In this document: one piece after another, positions 10,025-19,051 of the stretch
How positions within the stretch are numbered: position 1 is the stretch's first letter
Layout: each line of letters opens with the position of its first letter
NCBI GenBank assembly: GCA_963840855.1
Contig: CAWJBB010000002.1
Span: forward strand, 32,001 to 96,000
Length of the DNA stretch: 64,000 nucleotides
Direction of reading: 5' to 3'
Origin: an uncultured delta proteobacterium
GTDB taxonomy: Bacteria > Desulfobacterota > Binatia > UBA9968
Notes under the pieces: model-generated
Told to the model about the DNA's origin: nothing
Database searches by the model: none
The model's input: the letters and a program-made list of their open reading frames with translations, nothing else
Made by a program: the position numbers and the translations under genes

Positions 10025-10230
10025 AGGCTTTCATAATAGTCTGCCGAAATTCCCTGATGAATGGTTCGACTAAGCCCGTACTTCGGCAAGCTCAGTGGAA
10101 CGGGAAGTCAAGGAGACCTTTTGGCCCAAGCATGTTCAAGATGCCGTTTTTGGAAACCAGTAGCGGCCATGTCAGGCGCAGGTTGATTCAGGCGTCAGGC
10201 CATTTGGTCATCGAACGAAAGCAGATCACC

Positions 10231-11238
10231 ATGCGCGCTTTCGCACAGAAACCAGAGGCAACTCACGAGACTAAATCCGCGAAGCCGGCGATGCTCAGAC
10301 GGGCAGGCTCAGCGCAAGGCGGCGCAGTGAACGCCATCCTTCACCTGCAACGCACAATTGGGAATCAGGCCGTCCAGCGGCGCTTACAAGCACAGGGCAA
10401 AGGCATTCGGCCCGATATTCAATTATCAAGGCTCAGAGATTTTGCAGGCAGACCCGAGCGCCAGGCTTTCCTCATAGATGATAAGGACATTGAAGCCAGC
10501 GATGAATTCAAGTCCTATATGAATTCAAGTCTCGTTTGGCAATGGCAAGACAAGATGACAAGGGAGGAAGCGTTCTTGGCTTGCAGACTTTTCATTGAAG
10601 CAATTCAGAGAGGGGAAGTCGTGAAGTGGAAAAACGATGCCCGTGGATTTATGAACAAGGCAAGAAAGTTGATCAACATCACGAAATCTCCTAAAGCAGA
10701 TTGCCCGAGTTCGAAATATAGAGCTTGTGTGAAGAGAGCGGATATTCCAGATGGATTGTCTAATCTGGCTGCAACGCCTGGAATGTTGGCTGGCTTTTTC
10801 AAAATGGAGATCGACTGGCACGAAGACGATCCCAAGTGTGCTTGCTGTTGTGGCGAATATCGCCAATTCGTAAAAGGGTTCATCAAGATTAATGGGACAA
10901 AACAAACGAAGAAACTGTTTAACGGAAAATCGTTATCAGAAACGGATTGGAATGAAGATAGTGATGCAGCGAACCATCCATACGGACATCGGGATTTGTC
11001 CGAAGCGGTGAACGACAAGTTTATCCCTGACCGGAAGAACGGATGTTTGTACCGCGGTTTCGACACCCCAGGCATTGACGATCCGGCTGTTGCAGGGAAA
11101 CATGTAGTGATGGTACTGGAATTTAAAGGTCAGACATTCGACAGGTGTCAAAAGACTGCTGGACCAGAAAAGCTTTGGAAACTGGATTTTAAGGGCGATG
11201 TTCCTGATTTAGATCAGGGCGGCGGCGTGATTGGATAA
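10231..11238 (+). CDS. Hypothetical effector-like protein with 'LQRTIGNQAVQR' motif
   Basis: Motif typical of N-termini of DUF4157/eCIS-associated proteins; AT-richer Cys-containing C-terminal domain. Confidence 0.6.
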   Translation: MRAFAQKPEATHETKSAKPAMLRRAGSAQGGAVNAILHLQRTIGNQAVQRRLQAQGKGIRPDIQLSRLRDFAGRPERQAFLIDDKDIEASDEFKSYMNSSLVWQWQDKMTREEAFLACRLFIEAIQRGEVVKWKNDARGFMNKARKLINITKSPKADCPSSKYRACVKRADIPDGLSNLAATPGMLAGFFKMEIDWHEDDPKCACCCGEYRQFVKGFIKINGTKQTKKLFNGKSLSETDWNEDSDAANHPYGHRDLSEAVNDKFIPDRKNGCLYRGFDTPGIDDPAVAGKHVVMVLEFKGQTFDRCQKTAGPEKLWKLDFKGDVPDLDQGGGVIG

Positions 11239-11248
11239 TCAAATTCGC

Positions 11249-11485
11249 TCAATGCATCAGGCGTGTGGGCGGCTGGGTGCAGCGGGAGCGGGACGAGGGT
11301 GAGTGGAGTTCCATTACAAACGCGGTGTAGTAGGTCACCAATCCGCGGACTGTCCACACCTCGGTCGTGAAGAAATCCGCCGCGAGGAGCGCCGGCCAAT
11401 GCGCGAGCAGAAAGGTGCGCCACGCCATCTGCTCGGCTCCACGCCGCATCCAGATGAGGCGTTCATCGTTCAGACGATGCGCCAC
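11249..11485 (-). pseudogene. Integrase-core (rve) transposase fragment
   Basis: 'WRTFLLAHW..LLAADFFTTEVWTVRGLVTYY..FVMEL'. Confidence 0.75.
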
Positions 11486-11950
11486 AGCGTGCCACTGAGG
11501 CCTCAACCGATGACGCGCACGCGCAGGGTGGGCCGGCGCGCATGAGTTGGGCCAGGCTGCTCAAACGAGTCTTCGACATCGACATCGAACACTGCTCGAA
11601 CTGCGGCGGCAGCTTGAAGATCATCGCCACCATCGAAGATCCGCCGTTGATTGTCAGAATCCTTATTTCATCTGGGCCTGCCGACCCGCGCCCCGCCGCA
11701 GCGATTCGATCTATTCCAGACAATCTGAGGAGCCGAAACCGGTTGCCAACGCCAGCCGACGGAGCCGCTCGCTCTGAGTTCGAGCGAGCGGCGCAATAAA
11801 AAACAAATCGCGCCTCTCCGACCGCTGCGCCGCCCAAGTCAGCCGAAGCAACACCGGGGGTTTCACTAAACGCACGTGCGCTTGACGGCTCGCGGGTTCG
11901 GCGATATAGCTCCGGGCAGAAAAAAAAGGTGATTTAAATTTCCTATACAT
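11486..11950 (+). mobile_element. IS91/ISCR-like element 3' end (transposase C-terminal remnant + oriIS-like end), copy 1
   Basis: 'MSWARLLKRVFDIDIEHCSNCGG'; ends GATTTAAATTTCCTATAC; direct repeat of 15121-15577. Confidence 0.85.
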
Positions 11951-12228
11951 ATGCATAGGATTTCCTGAGCATTGAAGAAAACCAGAAGCGAGAGAACTCG
12001 AGCGAAGAAGTTCTGACGCAACTCTGGCCCAAAGCGATCAAGCTGGCCAACGAGCTTTTGCAATGGGCGGACGCACCCTAGTAGTTATAGTTGTCCAGCT
12101 ACTTTTCTTTATTGTATTCATCCCGTCCGTCCCGGCGCAGACGGGTAGCCGTTTGCTTGACAGGCTCGATTTCACGAAACAAAAGATATCGTCCAAGGGG
12201 GACAAGCCGGCTCAGGGGTGGCGCGGTC

Positions 12229-13176
12229 ATGGGTGACTTGATTAGCATTCTGATTCCCACTAAAGGGCGTATCGACGAACTTCAGCAGCTTCTCCAGAGC
12301 TTGTCCGAAATGAACGGGCGAGACTCAATTTTTCACGAGATCTTAATCATTAATAATGCAGCCGATCAAAACACCGCCGAAAGCGTAGAAGAACTCGTTC
12401 AAAGCTACATTCGGCTCGAAGGTGATCAGTGGAAGCTCGTGCGCGAACCGGTTGCCGGTAAGTCTCGGGCTCTGAATCGAGGGATCGCACTCGCGCGTGG
12501 CAACATTTTAGCATTTCTGGACGACGACGTGGTAGTTACTCCTTCCTGGCTGACTGCAACGTCTAACTTCTTCGCGCAATCTGAATTCGACGTTAAACAG
12601 GGGGCAATCCATATTCCACCTGCTTTGATCGGGAATGAGGAGTTTCTAACGCTCTTGCGGCAATATCGAACAATATTCTATCTCATGAAAGCCGATTCCG
12701 ATGGACAAAGCATCAAGAGTCTTAACGGCGCGAATCTGGCCATAAGACGCGATCTATTACAAAAGTCGGGCTATTTCGATGAGCGACTCGGTCCCGGCGC
12801 GTCGGGAACGTCCATGGACAGCGAATTCGGCGAAAGAGTCAAAAAGGTCGGCGGACGGATCGGCTACGAATCGAAGTCGGTGGTTTATCATCAGGTCGAT
12901 TGGAGGCGACTGACCGATAAGTATTTTCGCTGGCGCAATGAAGCGGAAGGCTGGAGCAATTATCTTTATAAGGACATCAGGCTCGATGCCATCCTATCTA
13001 ACCTGCTGTGCTCGACCGCCCGCTTCTGCTTCTATTCGTTATTGGGTTCGAAGCGCAAAAAATACCGTATGAAGGGACGATGCTTCCGCTATCATGTCAT
13101 GCTGAAAGCGAAGCTGCGCGACCGCGGCAACTACGCAACATCTTCTTTTAAATTGCGATTGAGGCGTCAACATTGA
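12229..13176 (+). CDS. Glycosyltransferase family 2
   Basis: 'ISILIPTKGR', 'GKSRALNRG', 'AFLDDD', 'GANLAIRR', 'FDERLG'. Confidence 0.9.
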   Translation: MGDLISILIPTKGRIDELQQLLQSLSEMNGRDSIFHEILIINNAADQNTAESVEELVQSYIRLEGDQWKLVREPVAGKSRALNRGIALARGNILAFLDDDVVVTPSWLTATSNFFAQSEFDVKQGAIHIPPALIGNEEFLTLLRQYRTIFYLMKADSDGQSIKSLNGANLAIRRDLLQKSGYFDERLGPGASGTSMDSEFGERVKKVGGRIGYESKSVVYHQVDWRRLTDKYFRWRNEAEGWSNYLYKDIRLDAILSNLLCSTARFCFYSLLGSKRKKYRMKGRCFRYHVMLKAKLRDRGNYATSSFKLRLRRQH

Positions 13177-13290
13177 TGAGAAGTCTCGTCAAGTCTCGGC
13201 TGAAAGCTGTCGCCTAAAGGAAAGCCCAAGGTTTTGCTCGCGTCAAAGACGCTGAGTGATCGTTCCATACAGGTCGTGAAAGAGAGGATC

Positions 13291-14391
13291 ATGCAACCTT
13301 TCCGCGTAATGTACATCGTCAAGCAGTTTCCACAAATCTCGGAGAGCTATATCAAAACCGAGATCGAGGCGATCCAGGGAAAATGCGAAGTCAGGATCAT
13401 CACCACAAAGAAAGCATCGATGCCGGCGACGAATCACCCGCCTTTTTGCCATATCGATAAACTGGCAACGATTCGGGAAGCGATTGAAGACTTTCGGCCC
13501 CACGTCCTCCATACCCACTGGCTTCATTCCGCCCGATTGCTCGGAGAACTCTCCAAACAATGTAAAATCCCATTCACGGTCAGGACTCACTCCTTCGACT
13601 CAATCTGGGACGATACTCATGTTACGTCAGGCTGGAGGCGAATTTTCGGCCGCAGCTCCCTACCGCCTCATGTTCGTGAAGCTATTGGGTTCATTCGTAG
13701 CCACCGATGTTTGGGTATCCTCGCCTTTCCGTTCAACCGCGCTCGGTTGGAAAAGGCGGGTATCGCCGGAGATAAGATCACCGACTGCCATCCGGTGGTG
13801 AACTATCCGCTGTTCCATGACACCGGGCCCAATGGCGATGCAATCATGAACGTCGGCGCTGCCATCACAAAAAAGAAAATGGAAGATTTCATTGATCTCG
13901 GGTCGATGCTACCCGAGCGAAGCTTTAATTTGTACGCGATGGCTTATGACGTCGACAAGCTCCACAAACTCAACGAGTCCAAAGGGAAGCCGATCAACAT
14001 CGTCACCCCCATCGAGCTCGAGGACATGCCGGCGCAGTATAAAAAACACGAATGGCTTGTCTATACCGCGCGCATGGATATGGCCAGTGTCGGCTGGCCT
14101 ATGTCCGTCGCCGAAGCCCAAGCCTCGGGAGTCGGAGTTTGCGTCGCCAATATCCGTCCCGATCTAAAAGAATACGTCGGGGACGCCGGCTTCTTGTTTA
14201 ATTCCGTCGGTGAAGCCCTGGAAATCATCACCAAGCCGTTCCCGGAGGAAATGCGACAAAGGGGATTTGATCAAGCCAAGAAGTCCAATATCTTTGAGCA
14301 TCGAGCACTGCTTTTTAAACTCTGGCAAAAGGCCAGTCCGGCACATTTCCAAGACCACCAAGAAGAAATTCAAGCCGAGATCAGCACTTAA
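13291..14391 (+). CDS. Glycosyltransferase, GT-B fold (GT4-like)
   Basis: 'FPQISESYIKTEI', 'LHTHW', 'GWPMSVAEAQASG'. Confidence 0.85.
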   Translation: MQPFRVMYIVKQFPQISESYIKTEIEAIQGKCEVRIITTKKASMPATNHPPFCHIDKLATIREAIEDFRPHVLHTHWLHSARLLGELSKQCKIPFTVRTHSFDSIWDDTHVTSGWRRIFGRSSLPPHVREAIGFIRSHRCLGILAFPFNRARLEKAGIAGDKITDCHPVVNYPLFHDTGPNGDAIMNVGAAITKKKMEDFIDLGSMLPERSFNLYAMAYDVDKLHKLNESKGKPINIVTPIELEDMPAQYKKHEWLVYTARMDMASVGWPMSVAEAQASGVGVCVANIRPDLKEYVGDAGFLFNSVGEALEIITKPFPEEMRQRGFDQAKKSNIFEHRALLFKLWQKASPAHFQDHQEEIQAEIST

Positions 14392-14657
14392 GAAAAATTC
14401 CTTGGGGCAGGGTTCTGAGTTTGCCGATTGGAAGTCGACTCCTGTTCTCATCGTTCAGCGGAGCCAGAAGGTTTCCTTGAAAATGAAATCTTATCAGTTC
14501 GCTCTGAGCCTGGCCGAAGGGCACCGAGTCTTTACACAATCAGTTGAAGGGCGGGGCTTTGTGCAAGCTCAAACTATCCAAAAGCCGGGAGGGATTCTGA
14601 ACTGCGCGTGGTATCTGGGTTTCTCATCGAAGAGCAAGGCATGACCTAAGCTCGCTT

Positions 14658-15362
14658 TTGCCCCTGCAAGCGGCCTCGTGCACCTACCGCCTTGCGCTCG
14701 GGCCACGAGCGGGACAGAAGGTGCTGAGCTTGCAAAGCCTGCCGAGCGCAGACAAATCATCCACACCGGACCTGTGTGCCAAACTCCACGGCTTCACTCT
14801 TCATGCGGCAGTGCGCTGGGGCGCCGATCAGCGCCAACAACTGGAGCACCTGTGCCGCTATATCACCCGCCCGGCGATCGCCAATGAACGGCTCAAGCGT
14901 AACCGCGCCGGCCAAGTCGTGTTGCAACTAAAGAGTTCATACAAAGACGGCACCACCCATATCGTCATGGCGCCGCTGGAATTCATGCAGCGCCTCGCCG
15001 CCCTGGTGCCCCGTCCGCGCTTACATCTGATCCCGTTCGACAGGCTCAGGGCAGGCCGCTTCCATGGCGTGCTCGCGCCCAACGCGAAGTTGCGGGGTAA
15101 AATCATTCCTAGTCCGGCGGAGCGTGCCACTGAGGCTTCAACCGATGACGCGCACGCGCAGGGTGGGCCGGCGCGCATGAGTTGGGCCAGGCTGCTCAAA
15201 CGAGTCTTCGACATCGACATCGAACACTGCTCGAACTGCGGCGGCAGCTTGAAGATCATCGCCACCATCGAAGATCCGCCGTTGATTGTCAGAATCCTTA
15301 TTCATCTGGGCCTGCCGACCCGCGCCCCGCCGCAGCGATTCGATCTATTCCAGACAATCTGA
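14658..15362 (+). pseudogene. IS91-family (Y2/ISCR-like) rolling-circle transposase, 5'-truncated
   Basis: 'GFTLHA', 'LEHLCRYITRPAIANERL', 'DGTTHIVMAPLEFMQRLAALVPRPRLHL..RFHGVLAPN', 'WARLLKRVF'; N-terminal HUH region absent. Confidence 0.9.
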
Positions 15363-15577
15363 GGAGCCGAAACCGGTTGCCAACGCCAGCCGACGGAGCC
15401 GCTCGCTCTGAGTTCGAGCGAGCGGCGCAATAAAAAACAAATCGCGCCTCTCCGACCGCTGCGCCGCCCAAGTCAGCCGAAGCAACACCGGGGGTTTCAC
15501 TAAACGCACGTGCGCTTGACGGCTCGCGGGTTCGGCGATATAGCTCCGGGCAGAAAAAAAGTTGTTTAAATTTCCTA
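15121..15577 (+). mobile_element. IS91/ISCR-like 3' end with oriIS-like motif, copy 2 (split by intron; continues 16589-16593)
   Basis: Near-identical to 11486-11950; GTTTAAATTTCCTA|intron|TACAT. Confidence 0.85.
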
Positions 15578-16588
15578 GGAGCGGCCAGCAGAGCCGCGAG
15601 ACTTGGAAGGTGAAAGTCCTTCTGCCGTCAATTGCTCGATTCGGACGGCTAGCATATCCACTGCTCGGCGAGGTAACGGACCGAGATAGGCGTGGACGTA
15701 AAAGCCACGGCTGCCCAGTGCAGGGAACGGCGGTGGGTCGGGGCCATGGGAATCGGACTGAGGGCCAGTGCGAAAGCGCTGGATTACCCACCGAACCCTA
15801 AAGCGGCGATACCCTGCTGGACCAATAGGCTGCGCTGAGGTGGGAACGACCTGGGTGGCGAGCAAATCCGGAGGCCTGAACATCAGAGAATGGCTGCAGC
15901 CCCGAAATTAAACCCCGGACTGAAGTCGTTGTCCGGATCTTGTGGAGTGCCGACCCAGTTAGGAAATGGGGAAGGCCGATGTCCTGTGGGAAGAAACGAG
16001 TAAGCGCACCACAGGGACCGCCGGGGTAAGGGTCCAGGCATCTGGGGAAAGATTTGAGGGTGTAACGCTGGGAAGGTGCTATGTCCAGCAGGGGCTGGTG
16101 GCAACCTGCAAAGACCTGTCGACCAAGGCTATGACCGTAGGTGGCAGGAGGGCATAGGATTGGCGCATGAGCCCGTAGGAGCGACGAAGAAGGGGTAACA
16201 CCCTTCGAGGAGACGCATCAGGTCTCCCTCTGGGTCGGTAACGCCGGCCGGAGGCGAAGGGGCTCTGGGTACTTGGTGGTCCCAGGTGGGAGGCGGTTCC
16301 GGACACAGAGCCGGGAGTTAACCGACCTTCGAAGCAGGGACTAGTTTGTGAGCAAACCAGTTGCGGCGGGGTGTACGCGTACCAGCGCTTTAGCTTCGAT
16401 GCGATCTGGGAAGGCGAACAAAGGAAAGGCCAAGATCAGAACCGGACTCGGGAAACCCGACCGTCCGGGATCGCAGGGAGGCTTGTGGAAACGTGGTGAT
16501 TATGGGAGCCGGACTGAGGCCCATCGGGAAACCGATGGATTAGCCACCGTACCCTACCATTACGCGCGCGCCACATTTCTATCCCGAC
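15578..16588 (+). ncRNA. ORF-less group II (IIB-type) intron
   Basis: 5' (G)GAGCG; domain V GAACCGGACTCGG-GAAA-CCCGACCGTCCGGGATC at 16439-16472; domain VI with bulged A16581, 3' end CCCGAC; EBS1 TAGGAAA (15960-15966) and EBS2 TTAAAC (15908-15913) match the 5' exon. Confidence 0.9.
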
Positions 16589-16593
16589 TACAT

Positions 16594-16838
16594 TGCCGTG
16601 ACAATGACGTTCTTGGTGACGAGCGTCGCGGCGCAGAACGTGCCGTTCGTCTCATCGGCGAAAGCCCCGACGCCGCGTAGCGCTGACCCGCTGCCGTTCC
16701 GCCAATCAGCTGTCCTTTGTCCATCGAGGGATCATCATCGCCAGCTTCCGTCGCGGACGAGCAACCGACGGTGGCGAGGATGGACGTCACCAGAGTCTGG
16801 CGAGAGCCCCGAGATATGCCGAGCGCATACCGAGCCAA
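16594..16838 (-). pseudogene. 5' fragment of trypsin-like (S1) serine protease lipoprotein, truncated at the oriIS junction
   Basis: Lipobox-like 'TVGC'; 'LIGGT..YAA', then after a frameshift 'VGAF...TFCAATLVTKNVIVTA', stopping just before the expected xHC. Confidence 0.65.
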
Positions 16839-16985
16839 CGAGCAAGCTGCATACCGTCACGTCGCTCCCGCGATTCCACGTGTTCGGAGGGATGAGGGGT
16901 CGATCGACTGCACGCCAGTGTGTGTGTGCAAAACCCCGGGACATTGGACATTCATGATCTCGATTCATCCGCTACTACCATCACG

Positions 16986-17333
16986 ATGATGGGTGGCCGC
17001 TCGACCGTTCTCTGTCTCGCGCTGATGATGTTCTTGGCCTTGGGATGCGACAAGCCCGTCGCGTGCGCGGGCTACGATTTCGACGGCGGAACGCGACCGA
17101 GCCTTGGCCCTACGACGCTTACAAAGCCGGTGAACAAACGGACGTGGTCGAACTGCTCCGATGGGAAGACGCGGACGGTCACGTGCACGCCGGGTCATCT
17201 GAGCCCGTGGAAATGCATGTGCTCGATCGACGGCGTCGATAAGCTCGAGACGCGTCCCGATGCCGACTTCCCGGATGAGCGCGTGGCCGCGACCGCGAGG
17301 GCGAACGAGACGTGTGATTGGCAGCTTCGATGA
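16986..17333 (+). CDS. Small Cys-rich lipoprotein of unknown function
   Basis: Signal peptide with lipobox 'LALGC'; six further Cys. Confidence 0.6.
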   Translation: MMGGRSTVLCLALMMFLALGCDKPVACAGYDFDGGTRPSLGPTTLTKPVNKRTWSNCSDGKTRTVTCTPGHLSPWKCMCSIDGVDKLETRPDADFPDERVAATARANETCDWQLR

Positions 17334-18081
17334 AATAGTGCCCTTTTTCGCCGCAGGCTCGAGGGCGAGTCTTCGAACGACACTCGAGCCGAGAACAACA
17401 GAAGAGTTCGTCGGATCAGATCGAACGTTTTGACTCCGTCGTCTCGAACCGGTGCAGCTCACTAAAGTTTCTCACGCAGAAATGTCGTGAGATCGTCCCA
17501 CCAGTACCTCAAAAGTCACATCATTGGGGTCAAATCTTTATCTTTGACATTGGCAGCTGTGATACTTTCGCGAGAACTCAGAACTGTTTAAATTCTAAAA
17601 GTTAAGATTTGCTACGAGAAATTGCCGGCGTCGATCTGAGTCATCGTCCGTGTTGCCACAACGGAAACATGATCGTTGTCGGGGATCTGGCCGGTATGCC
17701 GACTGCTCATTCTGACTAAGAGAGCGGTATTCCGCACCGCTAGTCTGAATTAACGAAAGGGCAATTTATTTCCTTTATTGACATGGCGCTCGCCGGATGG
17801 CTCAGAAACGCCAAAAATGAGGGGGAAATATTTCGCTTCCAGGGGCTCGATAACGCACGATCGGCCATTGGTTAATGGCATAGATCACCCTGAGATTTCA
17901 TAGATTGGGGTTTTCCCTGGAGCATCCGACGTCAAAATGTGAACCCTATGCAAATGAGGTGAAAAAAATGTCACGAAGGAGCATAGCATGTTTTTGCGAT
18001 TGCGCTCTGCGGCGCGCAGGCGTTTTCAGGTGATCAGCGAATTGACAGAAGACTCCGGCATCGGATAAGAAAACTGAGTCC

Positions 18082-18924
18082 ATGAGAATCATCGACCTGC
18101 ACTGCTATCCCAACACGGAGCCGTGGATCAAATCCCAGGGGCCGTATGTCGAAGCGCTGGCGAAATATTGGAACCGCGCCTGGACGTGGAAGAGCGAAGC
18201 GGAGGTCATCGAAGAGTTCAAGAAATTTTCCGTCGAGGCGGTGCTCGTCGCTTTCGACATCGAAAGCGTCACGGGCTCACCGCCCTGCGCCAACGAATAC
18301 GTTGCCGGGATGCGCGATCGTAACCGCGGCGTTATACTGCAGGCCTGGGCAGCGGTGGATCCGTTGAAAGGCGTCGCCGCAATGGAAGAAGCGAAGAAAG
18401 CGATCGTGAAGCTAGAGATGCTCGGGTTTCATTTTCATCCGATCATGGGTCATTTCTCCGTCGACGACCGCAAACTTTATCCGTTATGGGAGACGATCAA
18501 CGAATTAAAAGTTCCCGTGATGATCGACGTCGGCACCACCGGCATGGGCGCCGGCATGCCTGGCGGGTTAGGCGCGGTCATCAGACACGCGCATCCTGCG
18601 GCCATCGATCAATTGGCCGCCGACTTTCCAAATTTGAATATCGTTGCGGCGCACCCCGGCTGGCCGTGGAACGAAGAGATGATCGCGGTGGCGCTACACA
18701 AAGGCAACGTCTCGTGGGAGCTGTCAGGCTGGGCGCCCAAATATTTTCCCGATGCGCTCAAGCGCGACATCAAAGGCCGGCTCAAAGACAAGATCATGTT
18801 CGGCAGCGATTATCCGAGCATCCCTTATGATCGTATTTTTAAGGAATGGAACGAGCTTGGTTACGCCGACGAGTTGATGGAAAAAATCTTCCACGGTAAT
18901 GCTGAGCGGATTCTCGGACTCTAG
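18082..18924 (+). CDS. Amidohydrolase_2 family protein
   Basis: 'IDLHCY', 'AAHPGWPW', 'ELSGWAPKY', 'FGSDYP'. Confidence 0.9.
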   Translation: MRIIDLHCYPNTEPWIKSQGPYVEALAKYWNRAWTWKSEAEVIEEFKKFSVEAVLVAFDIESVTGSPPCANEYVAGMRDRNRGVILQAWAAVDPLKGVAAMEEAKKAIVKLEMLGFHFHPIMGHFSVDDRKLYPLWETINELKVPVMIDVGTTGMGAGMPGGLGAVIRHAHPAAIDQLAADFPNLNIVAAHPGWPWNEEMIAVALHKGNVSWELSGWAPKYFPDALKRDIKGRLKDKIMFGSDYPSIPYDRIFKEWNELGYADELMEKIFHGNAERILGL

Positions 18925-18928
18925 GACC

Positions 18929-19029
18929 GTTCAAGGTTCAGGGTTTAAAGTTCAACGTTCAAAGTAGGGGAACCGGAATGATAATTCGAACCTTCAGAAC
19001 CAACCTTGAACGTTGAACGACTTTGAACC
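18929..19029. repeat. Heptamer tandem/inverted repeat element
   Basis: GTTCAAG GTTCAGG GTTTAAA GTTCAAC GTTCAAA ... CTTGAAC GTTGAAC ..TTTGAAC. Confidence 0.8.
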
Positions 19030-19051
19030 GTTTTGCGTAAGGAGCAAAACC

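Noticed and set aside
15562-16680. Short ORFs within the intron as a possible intron-encoded protein
   Set aside because: No RT/maturase motifs (no YADD); they overlap structured RNA domains
17331-17333. Other TGA stops (e.g. 17333, 23777, 24863, 40550) as Sec read-through
   Set aside because: Proteins appear complete at the stop, no Cys-motif context, no obvious domain continuation
17460-18080. Long AT-richer intergenic region as an ncRNA gene
   Set aside because: No tRNA, riboswitch or other structure I can support; only a promoter-like TTGACA near 18042
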